A stretch of 64,000 bases of DNA from Spirochaetia bacterium (GTDB lineage: Bacteria; Spirochaetota; Spirochaetia; CADAEX01): NCBI GenBank assembly GCA_963662795.1, contig OY759746.1, forward strand, positions 352,001 through 416,000, read 5' to 3'. Numbering within the stretch: the stretch's first letter is position 1; every line of letters starts with the position of its first letter. Shown one piece after another: positions 1-8,642 of the stretch. The position numbers and the translations under genes were made by a program. Under the pieces are notes generated by a model. It ran no database searches. It was not told where the DNA came from and was given only the letters and a program-made list of their open reading frames with translations.

Positions 1-564
1 TACGGACTTTTGGGGCCTCTTATTTACAGGGACGAGGTGATGTATGTAAAGGCATTTTACGACAGGCCCCTTGCCTTTTCAGACGGGATAAGGCCCACCG
101 GGGGAGGAAGGGTTACAGAGATACTGATCAGACCCCTTTTTTCCCTTTTCTATCCCGAACTGACCCCGATTATACAGCCCCTTTCAGGGGAATATGCGGT
201 GCGGCGTGAAGTCCTTGAAAAGATACCTTTTCCGATTGGGTACGGAGTTGAGACATCCCATCTGCTTGATATCTACCATGAATGGGGAATGCAGGCATTT
301 GCCCAGACAGACCTTGACCAGAGGGTCCACAGGAACCAGCCGACAAGGGATCTCGGGAAAATGGCTTTCGGCATTCTGCAGGCATTCTTCAAAAGGCTGT
401 CTGCCCACGATATTGTTCAGTTCAAGGAATTCGAGTCCCAGGTACTCATGCAGTTTCAGGCGCATGACAACAATTTCGAAGTAATTGAAATCCATATCAA
501 GGAGGAAGAGCGCCCTCCGATGATAGATATACCTGAATACAGGGAAAAAAGAGGAATAAAGTAA
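1..564 (+). CDS. gpgS: Glucosyl-3-phosphoglycerate synthase (GT2/GT81-like), 5'-truncated by window edge
   Basis: KAFYDRP, GGGRVTE, QPLSGEYA, GYGVE and RVHRNQ motifs typical of GpgS. Confidence 0.85.
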   Translation, partial: YGLLGPLIYRDEVMYVKAFYDRPLAFSDGIRPTGGGRVTEILIRPLFSLFYPELTPIIQPLSGEYAVRREVLEKIPFPIGYGVETSHLLDIYHEWGMQAFAQTDLDQRVHRNQPTRDLGKMAFGILQAFFKRLSAHDIVQFKEFESQVLMQFQAHDNNFEVIEIHIKEEERPPMIDIPEYREKRGIK

Positions 565-666
565 GGACTTTATTCCTCAATAATTACGAATAACAAAGCA
601 GTGCCTGCTTAAGGACTACAGCACCGCAGACTAAATCCCTTACCGCAGTTTTTAACCTGATCAGTT

Positions 667-3600
667 TCACCTGCCGCTTTTTTTAAAAAGGGGGTCTGCT
701 CCTATCGTGCCTGTTATCTTCCTGATGTAGTTTTCAGACCCGGCATCGGCGAGAGTCTCCCTGCACTTTTCAATTTTCTTTTTTAAGTCAAGCTTAAGCG
801 AAAGCTCCCTGTTCTCTTCAGCGGAATCAAAATCGGTAATGTACTCAATCAGGTTCTTCCAGTGCTTAATCTCCCTCTGCTGCTTGAGGAGAAGCCTTTC
901 TTTGTACCAGCTGCTTTCAAGCACATAATCCCGCTCAAAAAGTCCCCTTATTTCAGGGTCGCTTACATCCTTTCCCTCAAACCGGCCGTATGCCATAATA
1001 TGAATCAGGGCTTTAATCGGCGGTATCGCTGAATCAACGCTTCCGTCCTCAAAATACATCAGAGCGACCTGTCTCTGGCTTTCAATTATGTAATTGACCC
1101 CTTCAATAAACGCGTCAATGTTCTGCCTTTCAGGCTTAAGCATGTCCTTGTTGAACACGGCAAGGGGTTCATCAAATATACGTCCGAGATAGTTAAAAAG
1201 GAATGTCTCTGTAATCCTGTAACCGAGCCTGCTTGTAAGGACTTTCTCCCCCTTCCACTCAAAGTCTTCAATCTTTTCAAGAGAGCCTTCGGCTATAAGT
1301 TTTTCAGGGTCCCTCTCGTTATAATCAAGCCTGCTCCAAATCTCCGGGATAAGGATGCTTATGTCGTGGTCAAAGCGGGTATAGCTTCCTACCCATCCGG
1401 CTACTGACGTAAAACCTGAATAGCCGGTGAGAATGAATGAAAGGAGGGCATTGTTAAGGTCTGTGACGGCCGAGAGCATATTGAAAGGCCCCTTGGTAAG
1501 GGCCCCTTCGGAACCCGCCCCGGTGGTTGAGGGGGATTTTCCCGACAGGCTGCAGATAAAATCCATAAAAAGCTCAGGCAGCTCCTGATAGTGGATCGGG
1601 TTATAGACACTGAGGCCCCTGATCCCTTTACGGGAATCAGGGCGGTTGTTTCTTCTTGACGGAAGGACCGCTGCAACAGGAGTATAGACCGCCTTTTCAG
1701 GCGGAATCTTTCTGAACAGCCTTGTGCCCATTTCCCCGATATAATAGGACCTTGGCTTTGTTATCTCCGGCCTCACCTGAAGGTAGCGGGGGTTTGTGCT
1801 TACAATGCCGTCCACCATTCTCGGGTGGGACGGTGTTATAAACCATGTCCCCTCCCGGCTCTCCGCCCCGTCCCTGATTATTTTTTTGATGGGGTCTGTG
1901 TATTCATCAAAGCTTATCGCGTTTTCAATAAGCTCTTTTGCGTGTGTTTTATTCAGGGGCTGATAGTTGGAGATAAAATTATTATCCCCGGCAAGGTCCG
2001 CCTCCGCCTCTATATCGTATCCCCTGTGGATTGCCTCATCCGGCCTCTGGAAAAGGCGGTATTCGCAGTTGCGCAGTATTTTCAGGCTCCTGCCGCCATA
2101 GCGTTTGGGAAGACTGTCAAACAGGCCGGAATCAAGGGTAATTGAAACAGTAATATCATCTTCCTGCTGCAGCTTCTCTGAGGCGATAAAATCTGTCCTT
2201 AATTTATGGATATACCATGAGTTATCCGGGGCGAATCCTACCCTGAGGAAACTGGCTATTATCTGCCTTCCGTCAAAGAAGAGCGCGTTGCCCTCCCTGC
2301 CGTTTATTATGCGGACGCTGAAATGCTCCTTCCAGTTGTTCTCCCAGTCGGGGCGGTAAAAGCGCTTCACAAACAGGGCAAGGGCCTTGATCCTGTTGGG
2401 AAAGGAGTTGATAAAATAATTATACTCATCCGTATAATGGGGCGAGTGATTGAGCAGCTTTATTACAGAACCAAGCGATCTTCTCGGGTCAAGGAAAGGC
2501 CTGCTCGCCCTGGTGCGCTTTTCATCGCCCTTCCATCTTCCCTTGTAGTCATAGTTAAATAGTTTCTCGACAAGGCTGAAATCCTCGGTAAAGTTATTTA
2601 TATAGAAGGTATCGTAGATCACGGAGTTGAGCAGTGATTTGGAAATTTCAGATTTTCCCCCGCCTGAGACTGTAAAGGGTTTGTGGCACAGTGTCCCCTC
2701 GGACGCGGTTCCGATAAGGCGCCATACCGGGGCTATGGGGTGTTTTTCCATCTGGACCTTGCTGCCGTCAGGGAGAATATATGTTTTATCAGGCAGGAGT
2801 TTTATCTTTATCTCTTTGTTTTTATACTCCCAGGTAATATCCTGCTTGTAGAGGCTGAATTCGGCGAATTCAGGCAGATAAACAATTGAAGGATATTCCC
2901 TGTCTATTCCGTAATTTTCCTCATCCCTCAGGTGCATCCTTGCGCTGTAGAGTTTTTTAACCTCTTCAAACGTATGAGTCTTTATATCGCAGTAATAATG
3001 CTCACCAAGGCTCCGCCTCGGGAATACCAGCGCGCCGCCTGCATGCTCTTCTTCGGCAAGACCCAGGAGGTTCGCGGCAAAGGATATCTGTGTTTTAACC
3101 TCTTTCTTGGTGTAGCCAAAGTAGTTATCCGCTATAAGGGTTATTACAACACCCTCTTCGTTCCTGCATGAGAGCTTGAAGGCCCTTCCGTCATTATAAA
3201 GCTCATCCTCTTTTTCCCAGTACATCTCGTCCTTTATCTGCCGCGGAGTCGCGTCCTTTTTATTCGGAAGGCCGAGCTCTTTTTTGGTAAACCGGGTTAT
3301 ATGGGGAGCAAGAATTATGCAGCCGGTGTGGCCGCTCCACCTTTCGATATCAAGCGCTGAATCATTTTCAACAAGCCCGGGGTCACCTGCGTTTCCGAAG
3401 ATAGATTCTACAAAATCGATATTGCTTACAAGAGAACCGGGGGCAAAATACCTTATCTCCATTCTTTTCTCGCTCATGATGCCGGCAACCTCAGGCTGGA
3501 CAAGGGGCTTTAAATACACAGAGACAAAAAGCTTTGCCTTCTCATGCTGGTCGGCGGTAAAGGGAAGCAGCATGAGGTCATCAGGGGGATTAACAGCTTC

Positions 3601-4143
3601 CTTAAGCAGTCTTATAAAAGCGACTTTCGGGACCTCTTTTTTATCAGGAGGAACAGGAAGCCCCCCTTCAACGATATGGAAAGTCCCCACAGTCGTCCTT
3701 TTATCGCTTTTGGGGTTATGAAGCACCCCCTGCTTTATCCTGTAGGATTCAACATAATTATTCAAAAACTCATTCTTCCCGGGGGGAATGCTGAGCTGGC
3801 GGGCAAGCCCGTACCTGTCAAGGACAAAGGTCCCTGTAGGGATGTTTGATACTTCCTCCCCCGCGTCACTGAAATACCTCTTTAAAAAGCTGTTAAGCCT
3901 CCTGTCCGCGGCGCAGAGATAGTTCTTTAAAAGCCTGTTTCTCTGGTTGTAGTTATGGATAAGGTTCTGGGCAATCTTGATAAACCCGGCCGCCGACAGA
4001 TTCTCCTTTTCATCCTCTTCACAGGTAACACAGGCGAATCCGCGGTAGGGCTTGCCCATAGCGGCAAGCTTGAAATTTATGTATCTCTCAAGTTCCGGTT
4101 CATCTTTTGAATCTATCATTCCTAGATAGGGAAATTTATCCAT
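667..4143 (-). CDS. PPi-dependent phosphoenolpyruvate carboxykinase
   Basis: 1158 aa; GVLHNPKSDKRTT, NYFGY.KKEVKTQI, HKPFTVSGGGKSEISK and GKSPSTTGAGSEGALTKGPFN motifs of the PPi-PEPCK family. Confidence 0.85.
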   Translation of the reverse strand: MDKFPYLGMIDSKDEPELERYINFKLAAMGKPYRGFACVTCEEDEKENLSAAGFIKIAQNLIHNYNQRNRLLKNYLCAADRRLNSFLKRYFSDAGEEVSNIPTGTFVLDRYGLARQLSIPPGKNEFLNNYVESYRIKQGVLHNPKSDKRTTVGTFHIVEGGLPVPPDKKEVPKVAFIRLLKEAVNPPDDLMLLPFTADQHEKAKLFVSVYLKPLVQPEVAGIMSEKRMEIRYFAPGSLVSNIDFVESIFGNAGDPGLVENDSALDIERWSGHTGCIILAPHITRFTKKELGLPNKKDATPRQIKDEMYWEKEDELYNDGRAFKLSCRNEEGVVITLIADNYFGYTKKEVKTQISFAANLLGLAEEEHAGGALVFPRRSLGEHYYCDIKTHTFEEVKKLYSARMHLRDEENYGIDREYPSIVYLPEFAEFSLYKQDITWEYKNKEIKIKLLPDKTYILPDGSKVQMEKHPIAPVWRLIGTASEGTLCHKPFTVSGGGKSEISKSLLNSVIYDTFYINNFTEDFSLVEKLFNYDYKGRWKGDEKRTRASRPFLDPRRSLGSVIKLLNHSPHYTDEYNYFINSFPNRIKALALFVKRFYRPDWENNWKEHFSVRIINGREGNALFFDGRQIIASFLRVGFAPDNSWYIHKLRTDFIASEKLQQEDDITVSITLDSGLFDSLPKRYGGRSLKILRNCEYRLFQRPDEAIHRGYDIEAEADLAGDNNFISNYQPLNKTHAKELIENAISFDEYTDPIKKIIRDGAESREGTWFITPSHPRMVDGIVSTNPRYLQVRPEITKPRSYYIGEMGTRLFRKIPPEKAVYTPVAAVLPSRRNNRPDSRKGIRGLSVYNPIHYQELPELFMDFICSLSGKSPSTTGAGSEGALTKGPFNMLSAVTDLNNALLSFILTGYSGFTSVAGWVGSYTRFDHDISILIPEIWSRLDYNERDPEKLIAEGSLEKIEDFEWKGEKVLTSRLGYRITETFLFNYLGRIFDEPLAVFNKDMLKPERQNIDAFIEGVNYIIESQRQVALMYFEDGSVDSAIPPIKALIHIMAYGRFEGKDVSDPEIRGLFERDYVLESSWYKERLLLKQQREIKHWKNLIEYITDFDSAEENRELSLKLDLKKKIEKCRETLADAGSENYIRKITGTIGADPLFKKSGR

Positions 4144-4264
4144 TTTAACCTCAAATTATTTTCTTTTTATAGTATATATTCTATAACAGATTGCTGATAT
4201 TTTTAAAAGATAACAGATCAATTGTTAGATTATTATGAAAAATACTGAAAACAGGTGATAGCCC

Positions 4265-4600
4265 ATGGAAAATATAAAACTCCCGCCCGACAGGGTGCTG
4301 CTTGCCCTTGTAGTAAAATCAGACAGCCCTGAAATGCGGCGCAGGCTTTCTTCCCTTAAAGACCGCGATATCGCGACTTCCCTCACCTATTTTTCGGAAT
4401 TCGAGAGAGGCATTATCTTTTCAAAGCTGCCTCCTGCCAAAAAAGACCGCGTCAGGGAAGCAATTGAGAGGAACGCTGCGGTAAGGTATGAGGATTACAG
4501 TAAAATCATAAAAGGGGTGATATCATATCTTTCAGCCGCAGGCGGCAGCGGAGGGGGAAATACTGTCCCCGGCTCCTGGTACAGACCGGGAAGGAAATAA
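4265..4600 (+). CDS. Small hypothetical protein, possibly FliG C-terminal-like
   Basis: Helical 111 aa ORF; L.DRDIA.SL...IFSKL pattern resembles FliG_C. Confidence 0.45.
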   Translation: MENIKLPPDRVLLALVVKSDSPEMRRRLSSLKDRDIATSLTYFSEFERGIIFSKLPPAKKDRVREAIERNAAVRYEDYSKIIKGVISYLSAAGGSGGGNTVPGSWYRPGRK

Positions 4601-4660
4601 ACTGCAGGTTTTTATAATTATCAAGTCTGATCTCAGGCACAACCAGGAGATTTCATAAGA

Positions 4661-5516
4661 TTATTTGCTATTTATTATTTCCTTTACAGAGCATACAAGA
4701 TTGTTATAAAGAGACGGGGCTTTTTCAAGGAATTTCTCTATTTGAGGGTATCTGATATCAAGATACTCATGGGCAGGAATGTTTCTGAACCTTGAAAAAT
4801 CAGCCAGCTCTCCGGCAGCAGATTCACCTATCTGTTCTATATGTATCAAATCGCAATAATATTTCCCTGTAAGTCTGAGGCACGCTCTGCCGGCCTGATG
4901 CAATAAGTATTTTGGCTATATCGATTGAACCGTTTACAAGATTCTCTATCCATCTTTCAACATTTCGCCTCATTGATGAGTCTTCAAGGTAGCTTTTTCT
5001 GGTTAAATTCATAAACCGATGAGAATCTTCCAGTTCTGTTTCAAGAAAATCAACAAACCGGATCAGTCTTGATTTATCCGCAGGAGAAAGAGATCTGGAA
5101 CGCCTTTTTACCGCAATAAAATCCTCTGCAAAATACCTGTATTCTTCTGCAAGATCTGTAACAGCTAAAAAATGCCTTGAGTAAAGTGACTCATCTTTTA
5201 TAATTACCGGAATACCTTCAAGATATGCAGATGCGCATATTGTGGAGGAGGCCCTGTTAAAAATGACAAGATCAACTTCACGGCCGGTAAGGCGCTCAAG
5301 ATCATTCCATATCTTATCCTCACCATCAAAAAAAACATCATCTTCAAGGTCAAATCTGTTTTCCTGCGGATAAAAATAAATTCCGATATCAATATCAGAT
5401 TCCTCAACCGCATTCCCTTTTGCCTCAGAACCGAATAAAAAAGCAAATGCTATGTCATTTTTTCCGGAGATATACTCTTTTAATTCATCAATTCCGGGGT
5501 AAACTCCACTTCTCAT
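4661..5516 (-). pseudogene. MNT nucleotidyltransferase-HEPN (DUF86) fusion, split by a 1-nt frameshift near 4856
   Basis: GSx10DxD motif in ORF 4824-5516, followed by the HEPN N-half (RRNVERWIE); the RNxxxHEY motif lies in the adjacent frame (4661-4903). Confidence 0.8.
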
Positions 5517-5610
5517 ATTATAAAGATAACACTGTTAAACTGGATTGTCGATATCGGGTCATATTTCCGGAGGATGATCATCGATCATCTGCCGGTTTTT
5601 AAGGTTCTGC

Positions 5611-5925
5611 TTAAATATAATCATCAGCAAGAAGCGGGCTGTATTTTGTGCCCTCCCTGGGTTTTTCCATCATGCCCTCAACCGACTCCCTCCATGTGGT
5701 ATAGTGGGAAGTTTTTCTGTGCTCTTCCACCGCGTCAAGGGATTTGTATACCTCTAAAAGAAGGAATTCCCCCTCTTTCCCTTCTTTTTTAAGGAGATCA
5801 AACCTGATATTGCCCGCCTCTCCTCTTGTTCCTGCCCTGTTAAGTTTTGTGGCTTCCATAAAAACATTTTCAAAGCCTTTTTTTACATATATATTCACAA
5901 GATATACAACAGTTTCCGTATTCAT
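5611..5925 (-). CDS. Antibiotic biosynthesis monooxygenase (LsrG-like) protein
   Basis: EAGNIRFDLL, LLEVY, HRKTSHY motifs. Confidence 0.85.
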   Translation of the reverse strand: MNTETVVYLVNIYVKKGFENVFMEATKLNRAGTRGEAGNIRFDLLKKEGKEGEFLLLEVYKSLDAVEEHRKTSHYTTWRESVEGMMEKPREGTKYSPLLADDYI

Positions 5926-6065
5926 AAGGAACCCCCGATATTAACTGATCTCTATATATAATAAGAATAATTTACTTTTAAATCAAATAACAGAGAGGGA
6001 GGGCTTTTTAAAACAAGACCGCATAACATGGACTGCACCCCGGTATAAACAAAGAAAGGCAATTG

Positions 6066-6094
6066 TTGACATTCAAGCCCTTAAATGCTAATCT
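6066..6094 (+). promoter_or_regulatory. Sigma70 promoter of tRNA-Pro
   Basis: TTGACA-17 nt-TAATCT with TGn extension, 13 nt before the tRNA. Confidence 0.75.
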
Positions 6095-6107
6095 CAATGC
6101 GGTTTTA

Positions 6108-6182
6108 CGGGCTGTAGCGCAGTTGGTTTAGCGTACTTGACTGGGGGTCAAGGGGTCGCCGGTTCAAATCCGGCCAGCCCGA
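6108..6182 (+). tRNA. tRNA-Pro (GGG), CCA not encoded
   Basis: Cloverleaf: CGGGCTG/CAGCCCG acceptor stem, CTTGA-CTGGGGG-TCAAG anticodon arm, GCCGG-TTCAAAT-CCGGC T arm. Confidence 0.97.
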
Positions 6183-6184
6183 AT

Positions 6185-6223
6185 AAAAAAGACTGAATCG
6201 GTTTATCCGGTTCAGTCTTTTTT
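6185..6223 (+). terminator. Intrinsic terminator after tRNA-Pro
   Basis: AAAAAAGACTGAA...TTCAGTCTTTTTT inverted repeat with T tract. Confidence 0.8.
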
Positions 6224-6377
6224 GTTTTGTGGATAGAAGGATTTGAATCCGGCCAGCAATTTTCGTGAAGCCTAATCCGGTGTACCTTTTTTATTATGTT
6301 GATCGAAGGATTTGCCCTAAAGGATAAAAAAATCCGGCCAGGATTTTTATGCGAAGCATAATCCGGCCAGCCCGAAT
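6224..6377 (+). repeat. Partial repeats of the tRNA-Pro 3' end
   Basis: AATCCGGCCAG at 6246 and 6331; AATCCGGCCAGCCCGAATA at 6360 identical to 6167-6185. Confidence 0.85.
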
Positions 6378-6405
6378 ATAATTACTTATATTATTTGGAC
6401 TAATT

Positions 6406-6437
6406 AAGCTATTCAAATTATATGAATAGCTTTTTTT
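6406..6437 (+). terminator. Second intrinsic terminator, after the 6360 tRNA 3'-end copy
   Basis: AAGCTATTCA-loop-TGAATAGCTTTTTTT. Confidence 0.75.
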
Positions 6438-6448
6438 AGTTTACATTA

Positions 6449-6482
6449 TCAACTGTTGACATAGTATACTTTTTGAGATAAT
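6449..6482 (+). promoter_or_regulatory. Putative marR-hgcAB promoter/operator
   Basis: TTGACA at 6456-6461 overlapped by palindrome TCAAC-T-GTTGA; TGA-GATAAT at 6474-6482 (short spacer). Confidence 0.45.
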
Positions 6483-6491
6483 CATATAATC

Positions 6492-6980
6492 ATGAATACC
6501 AACATATTATCCGAATTCAGAAATTCCATCAGAAGGATTGAACGTTTTCTGTTTGCAAGTATCAAGGATGACGGGACATGCTGCGGAGTTACTTTCAATG
6601 AATGCCATATTCTCATGGAAATAGATAAAAACAGAAAAATTGTTATGAAAGATCTTGCCGACACCCTCGGCATGGATAAGAGCATAATAAGCAGGTCAGT
6701 TGAGGTAATGGTCAGAGATGACCTTATCAGCAGGGAAGAACTGACTGATGACAGAAGGAAAAAGAACATAGTACTGACCGGTAACGGAAAAAAGAAAGCG
6801 GATTCGATAAATAGTTATATGAACTTAAAATATTCTGAACTGTTCAGTTCAATGAATGATGGAGAAGTGGAAAAAGTTATTGAATCAGCAAAAACACTTG
6901 CTGACCTGTTTGACAAATGGGTTTTATTAAATGAAAAGTCAGACTGCTGCCGGGGTGGAAATAATGGATGCTGTAATTAA
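6492..6980 (+). CDS. MarR-family regulator with three vicinal Cys pairs
   Basis: wHTH (LADTLGMDKSIISRSV, DRRKKNIVLT); TCCG near the N-terminus, DCCR...GCCN at the C-terminus. Confidence 0.9.
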   Translation: MNTNILSEFRNSIRRIERFLFASIKDDGTCCGVTFNECHILMEIDKNRKIVMKDLADTLGMDKSIISRSVEVMVRDDLISREELTDDRRKKNIVLTGNGKKKADSINSYMNLKYSELFSSMNDGEVEKVIESAKTLADLFDKWVLLNEKSDCCRGGNNGCCN

Positions 6981-7968
6981 TAAACTTGAAGGCAGATGGG
7001 GAATAAAAGATTACCTTGGGACAATTATGTGCCGGCTGGGAATAAGAAGGCAGTATTATTCACAGAAACCAGGGCTATATTCCATTGGGAATCCTGATAA
7101 CAAATCGCCTGTTTTTGTAACTGCCAATTACAAATATTCGATAGATGTTCTCCGCAGGGCCGTAAAAAATACAGATTCATGGATCCTTGTTATTGATACA
7201 AAAGGAGTAAATGTCTGGTGCGCTGCGGGAAAAGGGACTTTTGGAACAGCTGAAATAATCAGCAGGGTAAATAAAACAGGACTTAAAGATGCAGTTTACC
7301 ACAGGACACTTATTCTTCCCCAGCTCGGGGCTCCCGGAGTAGAGCCGGGAGAGGTAAGAAAAAATACAGGGTTCTCTGTTAAATACGGACCGGTTGAAGC
7401 AAATGATATCCCTGAATTCATCAGTAACGGATACACTGCGGACAGAAAAATGAGAACCAAACAGTTCAAACTCAGGGAAAGGCTTGCAGTATCTCTTACG
7501 CATATGGTCCAGGGTCTGTTGCCAACAGCAGCGATAGCCCTTTTTTTTGTTCTTAGTGATTTTCTTTTTTCTTTCAAGGGTAATTTCGGTTTTACCGGGT
7601 TTCTTTCAATAAATATCCTTGCCTCACTGTCAGCGTTACTTGGAGGAACAGTTATCGCAGGAGCACTGCTGCCTTTACTTCCCGGAAGGGCTTTTTCCAT
7701 GAAGGGCTTTTTCATAAGCATTCTTTTTGCACTGTTCTTTTTTCAGATAATCAATTCATATTCCTCCCCTCTTTTTATTTTATATACAGGTGGTAAAATG
7801 CTGATTCTTTCAGGATGGATTGTGTATCTTGTCCTCAACCTGACAGGCAGCAGCACTTATACTTCTCTTTCAGGCGTTAAAAAAGAAATGGCGATTTCAA
7901 TGCCGTTGATTACTGCAGGATCCTTTGCCGGATTATCAATGATCATTACAGGGGGAATACTCTTATGA
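6964..7968 (+). CDS. hgcA: Mercury methylation corrinoid protein HgcA
   Basis: Diagnostic cap helix NVWCAAGKG, VTANYK, LPQLGAPG, and a C-terminal transmembrane domain ending TGSSTYTSLSGV. Confidence 0.97.
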   Translation: MDAVINKLEGRWGIKDYLGTIMCRLGIRRQYYSQKPGLYSIGNPDNKSPVFVTANYKYSIDVLRRAVKNTDSWILVIDTKGVNVWCAAGKGTFGTAEIISRVNKTGLKDAVYHRTLILPQLGAPGVEPGEVRKNTGFSVKYGPVEANDIPEFISNGYTADRKMRTKQFKLRERLAVSLTHMVQGLLPTAAIALFFVLSDFLFSFKGNFGFTGFLSINILASLSALLGGTVIAGALLPLLPGRAFSMKGFFISILFALFFFQIINSYSSPLFILYTGGKMLILSGWIVYLVLNLTGSSTYTSLSGVKKEMAISMPLITAGSFAGLSMIITGGILL

Positions 7969-8291
7969 CCTATATAAAAAATGTTGCCACACTTGAATAC
8001 ACAAAAGAAAAATGCACAGGATGCGGCATGTGTGCAACTGTATGCCCTCACGGTGTATTTCATGTAACAGGCGGAAAAGCAGAAATAATTGACAGGGACA
8101 AGTGCATGGAGTGCGGCGCATGCATGATAAACTGCCCGGAAGGAGCACTAACGGTTAAGCAGGGAGTAGGCTGCGCCTATGCAGTAATAATCTCAAAGCT
8201 GAAAAGGCGGGATACAATAAGCTGCGACTGCGACAGTGATAATCCCCAGGCTCAAAACTGCTGCGGTGGAGGCAGCAGCAGCTGCTGCTGA
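7965..8291 (+). CDS. hgcB: Mercury methylation ferredoxin HgcB
   Basis: Two CxxCxxCxxxCP motifs including CMECGAC, GVGCA, C-terminal CC; ATGA overlap with hgcA. Confidence 0.96.
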   Translation: MTYIKNVATLEYTKEKCTGCGMCATVCPHGVFHVTGGKAEIIDRDKCMECGACMINCPEGALTVKQGVGCAYAVIISKLKRRDTISCDCDSDNPQAQNCCGGGSSSCC

Positions 8292-8329
8292 GTATTACCT
8301 GGTAAATTAGCCCAATCGCGCAACACATT

Positions 8330-8556
8330 ACTTTGAATATTTGAAAAATATCCACGGATAGTTTTTACTGCAGTATTGACGTATCGCAGCTTACTGTTCT
8401 GCCTGCTTTTCGGAAAAACACAACTTAATCCTTCTTTGGTATCCTTAAAAACAACATCACCGGTGCAATGAATTAATCCATTAATAAAGATGCGTGCAGG
8501 ACGACAAAGGCTTTTATAACCATGCCCTTAAGTTTGTCAGTTTTTTTCTCTTCCAT
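8330..8556 (-). pseudogene. Possible degraded ArsR-family repressor divergent from acr3
   Basis: Frameshifted fragments MEEKKTDKLKGMVIKA / PARIFI / VFFRKAGRTV resemble ArsR helix 1 and wing. Confidence 0.4.
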
Positions 8557-8642
8557 AACCCATGCATACTGGCAGTATCTTATTGACTATATATGGCTTT
8601 TTTGCCAAATTACCAATAATTACTTAAAGAAGGAGATTAAAC

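Noticed and set aside
6224-6377. CRISPR array
   Set aside because: Repeats derive from the tRNA 3' end, spacing is irregular, and there are no cas genes.
6964-7968. CdhE/AcsC corrinoid protein instead of HgcA
   Set aside because: NVWCAAGK cap helix, TM domain and adjacent hgcB are diagnostic of HgcA.
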